A stretch of 64,000 bases of DNA from Candidatus Binatia bacterium (GCA_038245295.1 JBBRSP010000012.1:32001-96000), one strand, 5' to 3'; counted from the first letter of the stretch, positions 19,581 through 29,688 are shown. Numbers and translations are program-made. The notes: generated by a model from the sequence alone, not told the origin.

Positions 19581-20359
19581 GCCGGACGGGCATTCATCCG
19601 ACGGCCATCATCGATCCGGCGGCGCAGCTCGACGACGGTGTCGAGGTCGGGCCATACGCCATCATCGGCGCCAAGGTGAAGATCGGCCGCGACACGCGTG
19701 TCGGCCCGCATACCGTGATCTATGGACGCACGACGATCGGCACCGACAACGTCATCTTCCATCACGCCTCGGTCGGCGCCCTGCCGCAGGATCTGAAGTA
19801 TCACGGCGAAGACAGTGAGCTCATCATCGGCGACCGCAACACCATCCGCGAGTTTACGACGCTGCACCTCGGCACCGAGGGCGGCGGTATGGTAACGCGC
19901 GTCGGCAATGACAATCTACTGATGAACTACACCCACGTGGCGCACGACTGCGTGGTGGGCGACCACAACATCGTCGCCAACGGTACCCAGCTGGCCGGCC
20001 ACGTCACCCTCACCGACTATTGCATCATCGGCGCTCTGGCGGGCATCCACCAGTTCGCGCGTATTGGCGAGTCAGCCCTGATCGGCGCCGGCTCGATGGT
20101 GTCGCAAGATGTCGCGCCGTTCTGCAACGCCACCGGCGACCGCGCCAAACTCTTCGGCCTCAACGCCATCGGCCTCAAACGCCGCGGCTTCACCGCCGAG
20201 CATCTGAGACAGCTCAAGCAGGCCTACAAGATCATGTTCGAATCGAAGCTTCAGGTCGCCGAAGCGGCGGCGCAGATTCGCAAGGAGCTGCCCGGCATTC
20301 CCGAAGTCGAGCGCTTCGTGGCGTTCATCGAATCATCCGAACGCGGCGTCTGCCGCTGA
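19577..20359 (+). CDS. lpxA: Acyl-ACP--UDP-GlcNAc acyltransferase
   Basis: IHPTAIID hexapeptide repeats, PQDLKY, IREF, HVAHDC, LAGHV, IHQF. Confidence 0.96.
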   Translation: MSRTGIHPTAIIDPAAQLDDGVEVGPYAIIGAKVKIGRDTRVGPHTVIYGRTTIGTDNVIFHHASVGALPQDLKYHGEDSELIIGDRNTIREFTTLHLGTEGGGMVTRVGNDNLLMNYTHVAHDCVVGDHNIVANGTQLAGHVTLTDYCIIGALAGIHQFARIGESALIGAGSMVSQDVAPFCNATGDRAKLFGLNAIGLKRRGFTAEHLRQLKQAYKIMFESKLQVAEAAAQIRKELPGIPEVERFVAFIESSERGVCR

Positions 20360-20396
20360 CTTTCGCTCGATCTTGCTGCAAAACGGAAACCAAGCC

Positions 20397-20538
20397 CCCT
20401 CTCCCACCCCGAACAGAAACCCGGATTGTGGGAGAGGGTTGGGGTGAGGGAGCGTAGATGTTCCCCTCCGATTCCACGGGCACACCCTCACCCCAACCCT
20501 CTCCCAGCCGCGACCATTCCATTCGAGCTGGGAGAGGG
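20397..20538. repeat. REP-like intergenic palindromic element (CCCTCACCCCAACCCTCTCCC family)
   Basis: Perfect 22-bp inverted repeat 20429-20450 / 20485-20506, plus ccctctccca and tgggagaggg half-sites. Confidence 0.8.
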
Positions 20539-20585
20539 AGCACCGCGTCGACGTCAAGCGCCACAACTGGTAAACCTTGCCGACA

Positions 20586-21377
20586 ATGAAGATCGGACTC
20601 ATCGCTGGTAACGGCCGCTTCCCCCTGCTGTTCGCGCGCACGGCGCGCGCCGAGGGCGTCGAGGTCGTCACCGTGGCGCACGAAGGCGAGACGTTGCCGG
20701 AGCTGACACACGAGGTCAGCAGCATCGTCTGGATCAAGGTCGGCGAGCTCGGGCGCATGATTGCGACGTTCAAGGACGCCGGCATCGAGCGCGCTGTCAT
20801 GTGTGGCGGCATTCGCAAAGAAGCCTTCCTGGAACACTTCGCGCCCGATGAACGCGGCATGCAGTTCCTGTCGCGCCTGCAAACCTTCGGCGACGACGCG
20901 CTCCTGCGCGGCATCGCCAGCGAGCTCGAGAGCGAAGGAATCGAAGTTAGCGAATCGACCCTTTTCCTGCAGAGCCTCTTGGCTCCGTCCGGAGTTCTGA
21001 CGGCGCAAGAGCCGAGCCCGGCGCAATGGGAAGACGTCCATTTCGGTTTCCGCGTCGCCAAGGCCATCGGCGAATGGGACATCGGCCAGACGGTCGTCGT
21101 CAAAACCAAGATCGTCCTCGCCGTCGAAGCCATCGAAGGCACCAACGCCGCCATCCGCCGCGCCGGCCGCAGCGGTGCGGTCGTCGTCAAGGTAAGCAAG
21201 CCCGGCCAGGATCTGCGCTTCGATGTTCCAGCCATCGGTCCGGAAACCGTACACGTGTGCAACGAGGTCGGCGTCGCCGTGCTGGCCATCGAGGCCGGGA
21301 AGACGCTGCTTCTCGACAAGGAAGAGCTGCTCGCCGCGGCCGCCGAGCGCGGCCTGGCGATCGTCGGCGTCGACTGA
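20586..21377 (+). CDS. lpxI: UDP-2,3-diacylglucosamine diphosphatase LpxI
   Basis: IGLIAGNGRFP, DIGQTVVV, LAVEAIEGT, QDLRFDVPAIG. Confidence 0.93.
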   Translation: MKIGLIAGNGRFPLLFARTARAEGVEVVTVAHEGETLPELTHEVSSIVWIKVGELGRMIATFKDAGIERAVMCGGIRKEAFLEHFAPDERGMQFLSRLQTFGDDALLRGIASELESEGIEVSESTLFLQSLLAPSGVLTAQEPSPAQWEDVHFGFRVAKAIGEWDIGQTVVVKTKIVLAVEAIEGTNAAIRRAGRSGAVVVKVSKPGQDLRFDVPAIGPETVHVCNEVGVAVLAIEAGKTLLLDKEELLAAAAERGLAIVGVD

Positions 21378-21420
21378 GCGATTGCTGGCGTCCTCGGCAA
21401 CAGTCGAGTACGTTGCGAGG

Positions 21421-21888
21421 ATGCTGGCTCACGACCGCCTGCGGGAACTCCTTGAGGCGCTCGCTTTGGAAAATGTCGAGTATGTGCTCGTCGGGGGGCA
21501 AGCCATGAATCTTCATGGAATCCTGCGCTTCACCGAGGATATCGACTTGTTCGTCGTCACAACGGAAGACAACATCAGTCGCCTCAAACGTGCCTTCAAA
21601 CGTATTTGGGACGACCAATCGATCGACGAGATCAACGCAGCCGATTTGGCCGGGGAATATCCGGTGGTCCGCTATGGAACGCCCGACGGCTTCTACATCG
21701 ACGTCATGTCCCGACTCGGGGAGGCGGTGGCCTACGATGACATCACCGTCGAACCTTTGAAGCTCGGAGACACGACGGCGCGGATTGCAACACCGGATGC
21801 TTTGTATCGGATGAAGAAGGACACCGTCAGGCCAATTGATCGCGCCGATGCGCTTGACCTGAAAGCGAAGTTCAAGCTGGACGAGTAA
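21421..21888 (+). CDS. Nucleotidyltransferase (AbiEii-like / TA-type)
   Basis: YVLVGGQAMNLHGILRFTEDIDL (GG...DxD) and LYRMK...RPIDRAD. Confidence 0.8.
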   Translation: MLAHDRLRELLEALALENVEYVLVGGQAMNLHGILRFTEDIDLFVVTTEDNISRLKRAFKRIWDDQSIDEINAADLAGEYPVVRYGTPDGFYIDVMSRLGEAVAYDDITVEPLKLGDTTARIATPDALYRMKKDTVRPIDRADALDLKAKFKLDE

Positions 21889-21890
21889 CC

Positions 21891-22082
21891 ATGCCGGTTT
21901 GGAAGTTTCGTAACGCCGAAGAAGCGCGCCGTGCCTTATGGCTGCCGTCAGGCGACCCACGCATCTTTGAGCGCTTACAGCGTCTCGGCGAATTCGTCAT
22001 CGCGCCAGAGAAGAAGTCCCAAGGTGTTACGCGCTTCCGGTCGATCGAGGAAGCAAAGCGAGACAAGCTTCGACGCCCCTGA
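21891..22082 (+). CDS. Small basic partner protein of the nucleotidyltransferase (putative antitoxin/partner)
   Basis: Starts 3 nt after the NTase stop; internal repeat KFRNAEEA / RFRSIEEA. Confidence 0.6.
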   Translation: MPVWKFRNAEEARRALWLPSGDPRIFERLQRLGEFVIAPEKKSQGVTRFRSIEEAKRDKLRRP

Positions 22083-22206
22083 GAATCCTCGACCACGTGG
22101 AATGCTCGTCAAGACAGTCCAACTTCTGCTAGCGTCGCCGAACGAATGAGCCTTCGCGAAACAACCCGCCGGCTCGGCCAGTCGACGCCGAGTTTCCTCG
22201 GTGTCA

Positions 22207-22324
22207 GTGCAACGAGGTCGGCGTCGTCGTGCGCGCCATCGAGGCCGGGCAGACGCTGCTTCTCGATAAGGCAGATCTGCCTCGCCGCGGCCGCCGAGCG
22301 TGGCTTGGCGATGGTCGGGGTGGA
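22207..22324 (+). pseudogene. Degenerate duplicate of the lpxI 3' end
   Basis: Aligns to 21257-21373 with about 12 substitutions and a 1-bp insertion. Confidence 0.85.
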
Positions 22325-22473
22325 GTCGGACTCCATCTCACAGTTCGCCCTGTCGGATCTCGGCCGTGCCTTCTCGAAAATTTTGCCTAGTCATGGTTAC
22401 GATTCTCGCGATTCTCCCCACACACAATCTCGAAGACGGCGACCGTGTCCCCAAAGCCGGCGGGTGCTCGGAA

Positions 22474-22617
22474 ATGATGGCGCGAACAAATCGGCAGAAT
22501 GAGATGTGGGACGAGATGGAAGACGCCGGCGTGGTGGATCCGGACGAGCCTCTTGAAGAGAAGGATGTGGGGGACTCGGACCCGAAGGATCCCGAGGATG
22601 ACGAGATACCGTTTTGA
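22474..22617 (+). CDS. Acidic micro-protein or gene remnant ending in an SSB-tail-like EDDEIPF
   Basis: MMARTNRQNEMWDEMEDAGVVDPDEPLEEKDVGDSDPKDPEDDEIPF*; start uncertain (22393 possible). Confidence 0.4.
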   Translation: MMARTNRQNEMWDEMEDAGVVDPDEPLEEKDVGDSDPKDPEDDEIPF

Positions 22618-22712
22618 TCCTCCCCTGCCTTCGGCCAACCACAACGCGGGCGGGGGCGCGGGCGGGGGGTGAGGTGACACCGCCGGGTGGCTCTGCTTAG
22701 CTACGCAAGCTC

Positions 22713-23669
22713 ATGGCTCCCGAAGATCGCTCCGCTCCCCTGGCCCCGCTGCGTGCTGCCGTCGTCGGCGTGGGTTATCTCGGGGGCTTTCACGCACAGA
22801 AATACGCCGCGCTGCACGACGTTGACCTGGTCGCCGTTGTTGATGCCGATGAGGCGCGTGGCCGCGCCGTCGCCGCCGCCAATGATACCGAGGCGCGTTC
22901 CGACTATCGCTCGCTGTTCGGCGCTGTCGACTGTGTCAGCCTGGCCGTCCCGACGCCGGCTCACTTCGCCATCGCCAGTGACTTTCTCGCCCATGGCATC
23001 GATGTCCTGGTCGAAAAGCCGATGACCGAAACGGTGGAACAGGGCCGCGATCTAGTTGCCATGGCCGAATCGCACGGTCGGATTCTGCAAGTCGGCCACC
23101 TCGAACGCTTCAACCCGGCGCTGCGGGCTCTCGGCCAAATCATCACACGGCCGCGCTTCATCGAGTGCCACCGCCTGTCGCCGTTCACCGAACGCGGTAC
23201 CGATGTCGACGTCATCCTCGATCTGATGATCCACGACCTCGATGTCATCCTCAGTCTGGTCAATTCCGACGTGCAGAGCGTCGAAGCCGTCGGTGTTCCG
23301 GTGCTCACCGAAAGCACCGATATCGCCAACGCTCGCCTCCGCTTCGCCAATGGCTGCATCGCCAATGTCACCGCCAGCCGCGTCGCCCTGAAGAAGGAAC
23401 GCAAGCTGCGGCTGTTCCAGGCCGACACCTACGTTTCGGTCGACTACGGCGAGAAACACGTCCGTGTCTGCCGCCGACTACCCGGCCCCGACGGCCCGTC
23501 GATCACCGTCGACGAGAGTTCGCTAGAACAGGGCGACGCCCTGCGCGCCGAGATCGAACACTTCGTCGACGCCGTGCGCACACGACACCAACCCTTGGTC
23601 GATGGTCGTACCGCCCTACGCGCCCTCGAGCTGGCCGAGCGCATTCGTAGCAACCTCGAGACGGCATGA
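22713..23669 (+). CDS. Gfo/Idh/MocA oxidoreductase, GnnA-like (UDP-GlcNAc 3-dehydrogenase)
   Basis: VVGVGYLGGFHA, VEKP, QVGHLERFNP, DLMIHDLD; sits between lpxI and lpxB. Confidence 0.85.
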   Translation: MAPEDRSAPLAPLRAAVVGVGYLGGFHAQKYAALHDVDLVAVVDADEARGRAVAAANDTEARSDYRSLFGAVDCVSLAVPTPAHFAIASDFLAHGIDVLVEKPMTETVEQGRDLVAMAESHGRILQVGHLERFNPALRALGQIITRPRFIECHRLSPFTERGTDVDVILDLMIHDLDVILSLVNSDVQSVEAVGVPVLTESTDIANARLRFANGCIANVTASRVALKKERKLRLFQADTYVSVDYGEKHVRVCRRLPGPDGPSITVDESSLEQGDALRAEIEHFVDAVRTRHQPLVDGRTALRALELAERIRSNLETA

Positions 23670-24784
23670 GTCGCAAAGTCCTTCTCGTTGCAGGCGAGGC
23701 TTCTGGAGATGTCCACGGCGCCGAGCTGGTCACCGCCTTGCGCCATCTCGATCCAACCATTGAAGTCTCGGGCGTCGGTGGCGCGCGTTTGCGGGCCGCC
23801 GGCATGCATGTCCTCGTCGATACCGCCGAGATCGCCACGATGGGACTGACGGAAGTCGTCGGCACACTGGGCAAGTTGTGGCGCACCTATCGCCAGCTCG
23901 TGCGCTTTCTGCGCGACGAGCGCCCGGCGCTGCTCGTCTTGATCGACTACCCCGAGTTCAACATGCTGCTGGCCAAACGTGCCAAGGCCCTCGGCATTCG
24001 CGTCTTCTATTACATCGCGCCGCAGGTGTGGGCCTGGCGGCGCGGGCGCGTACGCAAGATCGCCGCGCGTGTCGATCGCGTCGGCGTTGTCTTTCCGTTC
24101 GAGGCCGAGCTCTACAACACCGAGCGCCAGCTCGCCGAGTTCGTCGGCCATCCGATGCTCGACATGGTCGAGGCAACAAGCGATCGCCAAACGACTCGCC
24201 AGACCCATGGCTTGGATCAGACCAAGCCACTGCTGGCCATCCTGCCCGGCAGCCGCAAGAAAGAAGTTCACCTCCTCCTTGGCCCGGCGCTCGAAGCGGC
24301 GCGAGGCCTGCGCGCCGAAGGCTGGCAAGCGGCAATCGCCCTGGCGCACACGCTGAGCCCCGCGGACTTGAGAGAGGCGTTGGACGGCAAGGACCCGGAT
24401 GTGCCGATCATCGCCAACGACACCTACAACCTGGTACACGCGGCGGATGCCGCGTTGGTGGCCTCTGGAACTGCAACGGTGGAAACGGCATTACTCGGCA
24501 CACCAATGGTCATCATGTACCGCGTCTCCCGCTTCACGTTCGCGCTGGCCCGGCTTCTGGTGCGCGTCGACTTCATCGGCATGCCCAATCTCATTCTTGG
24601 CCGCAGCGTGTTCCCGGAACTGATCCAGGACGACGCCAACCCCGAGAAGATGGCGGCGGCGATCCGCAGTGTTGCCGGACGACGCGAGGAACTGCGCGCG
24701 GCGCTGCAGGAGCTACGCGGCAAACTGGGCGAACCAGGAGCGGCGGAACGCGCCGCTCGCCTCGCCCTCGAGGTCATGGCATGA
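23666..24784 (+). CDS. lpxB: Lipid-A-disaccharide synthase
   Basis: VAGEASGD, IDYPEFN, PQVWAWR, FPFE, VGHP, LPGSR, SGTATVE. Confidence 0.97.
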   Translation: MSRKVLLVAGEASGDVHGAELVTALRHLDPTIEVSGVGGARLRAAGMHVLVDTAEIATMGLTEVVGTLGKLWRTYRQLVRFLRDERPALLVLIDYPEFNMLLAKRAKALGIRVFYYIAPQVWAWRRGRVRKIAARVDRVGVVFPFEAELYNTERQLAEFVGHPMLDMVEATSDRQTTRQTHGLDQTKPLLAILPGSRKKEVHLLLGPALEAARGLRAEGWQAAIALAHTLSPADLREALDGKDPDVPIIANDTYNLVHAADAALVASGTATVETALLGTPMVIMYRVSRFTFALARLLVRVDFIGMPNLILGRSVFPELIQDDANPEKMAAAIRSVAGRREELRAALQELRGKLGEPGAAERAARLALEVMA

Positions 24785-26544
24785 GCTCCGGCCAGCTGTA
24801 TCGCCGCATCCTGCGCTACCTGCGTCCCTATTGGTGGCCACGCTTCACACTGGCCATCCTCTGCATGCTGATTTTCAGCGCCACCAACGGCGCCATGCCG
24901 TTCCTCATCCGCTCGACGTTCGACGATGTGTTCACCAACAAGGACATGAATGTCCTGCGCATTCTGCCGTTCCTGATCGTCGGCGTCTTCGTCGTCCGCG
25001 CCGTCGCCGGCTACTTCAGCACGTACCTGACGGAGTGGGTCGGACAACGCATCGTTGCCGACATGCGCCGTGACCTCAACGACCATATCCAGAACCTGTC
25101 GCTGTCCTTCTTCAACAAGACGCCCACGGGTACGATCGTCTCGCGCGTCACCAACGACGTCGCCATGGTGCGCGCCGCCTTGACCGACGCCGTGGCCTCA
25201 ATGCTCAAAGACGCCTCGTCGCTCATCTTCCTGGTGATCGGCGCCTTCTACCAGGATTGGTTTCTAGCGCTTATCGCCTTCGTCGCGTTCCCCGCCTCGG
25301 TGTTGCCGGTCATCCGCATGTCGAAACGACTGCGCAATCTGTCGCGTCGCGGTCAGGTCTCGATGGGCAACCTGACGATGCTGCTGCAGGAAACCATCCA
25401 GGGCAACCGTGTCGTCAAGGCGTTCGGCATGGAGGGCTACGAGCGCCAGCGGTTCAACTACGAGAGCGAAGATCTCTTCGCCTTGAATATGAAGAGCACC
25501 CGCGTCCGCGCCATCACCAACCCGATCATGGAAGTGTTGGCGTCGTTCGCCATCGCCGGCATCATCGCCTACGGCGGCTACAGCGTCATTGCCGGCAACC
25601 GCACCCAGGGCGCGTTCCTCGGATTTCTGACCGCGCTGTTCCTGCTTTACGAGCCCTTCAAGGGCCTGGCTAAGACCAACACCACCATTCAGAGCGCGCT
25701 CGGCGCGGCCGAACGCGTCATCGAGCTGCTCGACACCACGAACGACGTGGTCGACAAACCCGACGCCCACGTGCTCGGCGGTGTACGCGAGGCGATTCGC
25801 TTCGAACACGTCAGCTTTCGATACGAGGACGATTGGGTCCTGCGCGACGTCAATCTCGAGATTCAGCGCGGCCACGTGCTGGCACTGGTCGGCATGAGCG
25901 GCGGCGGCAAGAGCACGCTCGCCGATTTGATCCCGCGGTTTTACGATGTCCTGGAAGGCCGCATCAGCGTCGATGGCCTCGATATTCGCGACGTGACCCT
26001 GGCCAGCCTGCGGGCCCAGATCGCCATCGTCACGCAGCACACCTTCCTGTTCAACGACAGCGTCAAGAACAACATCGGCTACGGCGATGTCGACAAAGAT
26101 GCCAAGGGCATGGAGGCGATCGTCGACGCCGCCCGGGCGGCCAATGCGCACGAGTTCATCACGCAATTGCCCGAAGGCTACGACACCGTGATCGGCGAGC
26201 TTGGCGTAAAACTATCTGGCGGCCAACGGCAACGCCTGGCCATCGCGCGGGCTCTGCTCAAGAATGCGCCGGTGCTGATTCTCGATGAGGCGACCTCGGC
26301 TCTCGACAACGAATCCGAACGGTTGGTACAGGAAGCCCTCGAGAACCTGATGCAAAACCGCACGACGTTAGTGATCGCGCACCGCCTGTCGACGGTGCGC
26401 CGGGCCGACCGGATCGTTGTCGTGGTGCGCGGTGAGATCGTCGAGCAGGGCACGCACGACGAATTGCTGGCGCTCAACTCCGAATATCGCAAGCTTTACG
26501 ACTTGCAGTTCCGCGGAGAGCAACACGCCGAGGTGCCGCACTGA
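24781..26544 (+). CDS. msbA: Lipid A flippase ABC transporter
   Basis: TM domain plus GMSGGGKST, LSGGQRQR, LDEATSALD; LPS operon context. Confidence 0.9.
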   Translation: MSSGQLYRRILRYLRPYWWPRFTLAILCMLIFSATNGAMPFLIRSTFDDVFTNKDMNVLRILPFLIVGVFVVRAVAGYFSTYLTEWVGQRIVADMRRDLNDHIQNLSLSFFNKTPTGTIVSRVTNDVAMVRAALTDAVASMLKDASSLIFLVIGAFYQDWFLALIAFVAFPASVLPVIRMSKRLRNLSRRGQVSMGNLTMLLQETIQGNRVVKAFGMEGYERQRFNYESEDLFALNMKSTRVRAITNPIMEVLASFAIAGIIAYGGYSVIAGNRTQGAFLGFLTALFLLYEPFKGLAKTNTTIQSALGAAERVIELLDTTNDVVDKPDAHVLGGVREAIRFEHVSFRYEDDWVLRDVNLEIQRGHVLALVGMSGGGKSTLADLIPRFYDVLEGRISVDGLDIRDVTLASLRAQIAIVTQHTFLFNDSVKNNIGYGDVDKDAKGMEAIVDAARAANAHEFITQLPEGYDTVIGELGVKLSGGQRQRLAIARALLKNAPVLILDEATSALDNESERLVQEALENLMQNRTTLVIAHRLSTVRRADRIVVVVRGEIVEQGTHDELLALNSEYRKLYDLQFRGEQHAEVPH

Positions 26545-26600
26545 GCCCCGAAGAAGAAGGCGAGCCACCCGCGGCAGCACGCCGCGCCGGCAAGCGCCTG

Positions 26601-27257
26601 GTGCACAGCGACTGGGTCCTCAGCGTGGTGCCACGCCTAGTCAGCGCCACGCTTCAACTGTTGGCTGCCACCGTGCGCGTGCGTTTCATTCATGGCGAGC
26701 GCCTTTTCAGCCTGTGGGATCAGCAACAAGTGTTGCTCACCTTCTGGCACAACCGGGTCGTGATGATGCCGCTCGCGGCCCACGGCCACAAGATGTGTAT
26801 CATGAACAGCCAGAGTCGCGACGGCGAGATTGCTACGCGCGCCCTCAATCGCTGGGGCATCCACTCGGTGCGCGGGTCGGCGACGCGCGGCGGCGCCAGC
26901 GGCTTCCTGCAACTCGTGCGTGCCTTTCGCGCCGGCTACCACCTCGCGGTTGTTCCTGACGGCCCACGCGGCCCGCGCTACGAAGTAAAACCGGGAGTCC
27001 TCCACCTGGCGCGCGCCACCGGTGCGCCATTGGTGCCGGCCGCCTATGGCGCGACACGATTCATGCAGATTCGCAGCTGGGATCGATTGATGATTCCGCT
27101 GCCGTTCGCCCGCGTCAACTACGTGGTCGGTGAGCCCTTGCTCGTACCGCGACGCGCAACTGACGACGAACTGATCGCCCTGCGTGAGGAATTGGAATTG
27201 CGATTGCGCATGGTAACGGCGGAAGCGGACCGCCTCGCCGGCCGAACCCCGGAGTGA
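26601..27257 (+). CDS. DUF374/LpxJ-like lysophospholipid acyltransferase
   Basis: FWHNR, SQSRDGE, RGSATRGG, PDGPRGP, SWDRLMIPLPF. Confidence 0.88.
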   Translation: MHSDWVLSVVPRLVSATLQLLAATVRVRFIHGERLFSLWDQQQVLLTFWHNRVVMMPLAAHGHKMCIMNSQSRDGEIATRALNRWGIHSVRGSATRGGASGFLQLVRAFRAGYHLAVVPDGPRGPRYEVKPGVLHLARATGAPLVPAAYGATRFMQIRSWDRLMIPLPFARVNYVVGEPLLVPRRATDDELIALREELELRLRMVTAEADRLAGRTPE

Positions 27258-28540
27258 TGGTAGTGTTGTCGGTTTCTGACGTCGTCTACGATCTCGCCGG
27301 TCTCGCCGTGGCGCTCACCGCGCTGCCGCTTCTGCCCTTGCTCTACCTGAGTCGTTTCGGCAACGGATTGGGAGAACGCCTCGGCCGCTTGCCGGCTACG
27401 GTGCGCGGCTTGCACCGACCGATCTGGGTACACGCCGCCTCCGTCGGCGAGGTCCTGTCCACCGAACCCCTGCTACGCGAGCTGCGTCGCGTCCGCCCCG
27501 ACCTTGCCATCCTGGTAACAACCACGTCGCTGACCGGTCACGCGACGGCGCGCGACAAGTTGGCCGCCGACGCCGTCATGCTCTTGCCCGCTGATGTTCG
27601 ATTCATCGTGCGGCCGGTGATGCGCCGTCTGCGGCCGCGATGCCTGATCATCGTCGAAACCGAGATTTGGCCAGGGCTGATTGCGGCGGCGGCCGCGGTG
27701 CAAAGCCCCGTCGTCATGTTGAGTGCACGGGTGTCGCCGCGCGCCGTGCGACGTTACCGCTGGATTGGTCCGGTCATGCGTCGCACGATGCAACGTTTGA
27801 CCCTGTGTGTCGCACAGACCAGCGCCGACGCGGCGCGTTTCGCGGCGTTGGGTGTGCCCGCCGAGCGCTTGCACGTCACCGGCAGCCTCAAGTTTGCCAC
27901 ATCACTCGACGCCGGCACAGGCGAGGCAAACCAGCGACCCGACTTTCTCCCGGCTGATCGGCCCATTCTCGTGGCGGCCAGCACTCACCCCGGCGAGGAG
28001 GAGGTCGTGCTCGATGCCTTTGTCGCACTCCAGCGCACCTTTCCGCGGGCGCTCCTGGTGTTGGCGCCGCGGCGTCCCGAGCGCTTCGACTCGGTAGCAG
28101 CGCTGCTGCATCAGCGCGGCACCAACTACAGTCGGCGGTCACAACTGAGCGCCCCACCGACAGGCGCAGTCTCCATCATTCTGCTCGATAGCATCGGCGA
28201 CCTGCGCGGGGTGTTTCCGTATGCCCGCGCCGCCTTTGTCGGCGGCACCATTGCCAACGTCGGCGGTCACAACGTCCTGGAGCCGGCGGCAGCCGGCGTA
28301 CCGGTCGCCTTTGGTCCTAGAACCGAAAACGTCGCCGACGCCGCGCAGCTCCTCCTCGACCACGGCGGCGGCACACGCGTGCACAACGAGATCGACCTCG
28401 GTCAGTTTTGGTCACGCATGATGGACGATGCCGAGCAGGTGCCGTTTGCAACCGCGGCGCGTGCTGTTGTGGCTCGGCACATGGACGTGGCTCGGCGAAG
28501 CGTCGAGCTTCTGCAGCCGTTCCTGGAGAGCCGGTACTGA
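27254..28540 (+). CDS. waaA: Kdo transferase
   Basis: IWVHAASVGE, VETEIWP, AASTHPGEE, GGHNVLEPA. Confidence 0.95.
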   Translation: MMVVLSVSDVVYDLAGLAVALTALPLLPLLYLSRFGNGLGERLGRLPATVRGLHRPIWVHAASVGEVLSTEPLLRELRRVRPDLAILVTTTSLTGHATARDKLAADAVMLLPADVRFIVRPVMRRLRPRCLIIVETEIWPGLIAAAAAVQSPVVMLSARVSPRAVRRYRWIGPVMRRTMQRLTLCVAQTSADAARFAALGVPAERLHVTGSLKFATSLDAGTGEANQRPDFLPADRPILVAASTHPGEEEVVLDAFVALQRTFPRALLVLAPRRPERFDSVAALLHQRGTNYSRRSQLSAPPTGAVSIILLDSIGDLRGVFPYARAAFVGGTIANVGGHNVLEPAAAGVPVAFGPRTENVADAAQLLLDHGGGTRVHNEIDLGQFWSRMMDDAEQVPFATAARAVVARHMDVARRSVELLQPFLESRY

Positions 28541-29643
28541 TGGCGCGCCTCGAATCGTTCTTGCGCGATACCGTCTGGCCGCGACACGGCGGCGTCGGTT
28601 GGCTGAGCTGGGCTGCCTTGCAGCCGGCGGCCGCGTTGTTCGGTGTCGGCGTGGGGTTGCGTCATGCGGCGTATCGCTTCGGCCTGCAGCACAGCGCCCG
28701 AGCGCCCCTGCCGATCGTCAGCATCGGCAGCCTGCTGGTCGGCGGTAGTGGCAAGACACCGCTGACGCTGTGGCTCGCCAAACAACTGCGCCTGCAGGGT
28801 CTGCGTGTGGCCATCGTCATGCGCGGTTACGGCTCGCGCACCAAAGACGTCACCATCGTATCGCGCGGCAGCGGCCCGGAGGTCGACGTCGATCTGGCCG
28901 GCGACGAGGCCACCATGTTGGCGCGCGGCTTCGACGGTGTCGTGATCGCCGCGCCGCAACGCCTTGCCGGGGCCGTGGCCGCCCACGAGCTCGGCTGCCA
29001 GGTTGTGCTCCTCGACGACGGATTCCAACATCGCGCCCTGGCACGGGACTTCGATCTCGTGCTGCTGACCGGACAGGAAGGCTCGATGCTGCCGGCGGGA
29101 CCGCAACGCGACTGCACATCGGCGCTGCGGCGCGCCGATGCGATCGCCGTCGTACAGAAGTCGCCTCACGACCGCGTCCCACATCTGCCACGCAACATCG
29201 CCGACAAACCCCTGTTCGCCGTTCGCTTTGTGCCGCGCTCGGTGATCGAGCCGACTGCCGGCGTCTGGCAGGAGCAGCCGCTCGGCATCCTGTCGCGTCG
29301 ACGGATGGCCGCGGTGTGCGGCATCGCGCGTCCCGGACCGTTCTACGAGGCGTTGCACCAATGGGAGGTGCGGTTGGAGGAATGTTTCGAATTCCCCGAC
29401 CATCACCGCTACACCCATGCCGACTGGCAGCAGATCGCCCGCGATACGCGCAATGTCGATTGGGTGATCACCACGGAAAAGGATTTGGTCAAACTGCAGG
29501 AGTTCCCTTTTGCGCGAGGCAAGCTGCTGGCGCTACGTATCGAGCCCGAAGTCGAGAATGGCGCGGCGCTGGTACAATTGATTCTGGAGCGAATTGGGCT
29601 GGCGACTCAGGCCAATTCGTCGGGCCCAGGGCGTTTGGCTTAG
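28540..29643 (+). CDS. lpxK: Tetraacyldisaccharide 4'-kinase
   Basis: VGGSGKTP, RGYG, GDEA, LDDGFQH, FPDHH, TTEKD. Confidence 0.95.
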   Translation: MARLESFLRDTVWPRHGGVGWLSWAALQPAAALFGVGVGLRHAAYRFGLQHSARAPLPIVSIGSLLVGGSGKTPLTLWLAKQLRLQGLRVAIVMRGYGSRTKDVTIVSRGSGPEVDVDLAGDEATMLARGFDGVVIAAPQRLAGAVAAHELGCQVVLLDDGFQHRALARDFDLVLLTGQEGSMLPAGPQRDCTSALRRADAIAVVQKSPHDRVPHLPRNIADKPLFAVRFVPRSVIEPTAGVWQEQPLGILSRRRMAAVCGIARPGPFYEALHQWEVRLEECFEFPDHHRYTHADWQQIARDTRNVDWVITTEKDLVKLQEFPFARGKLLALRIEPEVENGAALVQLILERIGLATQANSSGPGRLA

Positions 29644-29688
29644 GGCGCGCACTGCGCCGGAAGCGAATTTGGAGTATTGGAGGCAATC

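Noticed and set aside
23878..24780. 888-aa N-terminally extended MsbA
   Set aside because: The extension overlaps lpxB in another frame; the real start is ATG 24781, overlapping the lpxB stop.
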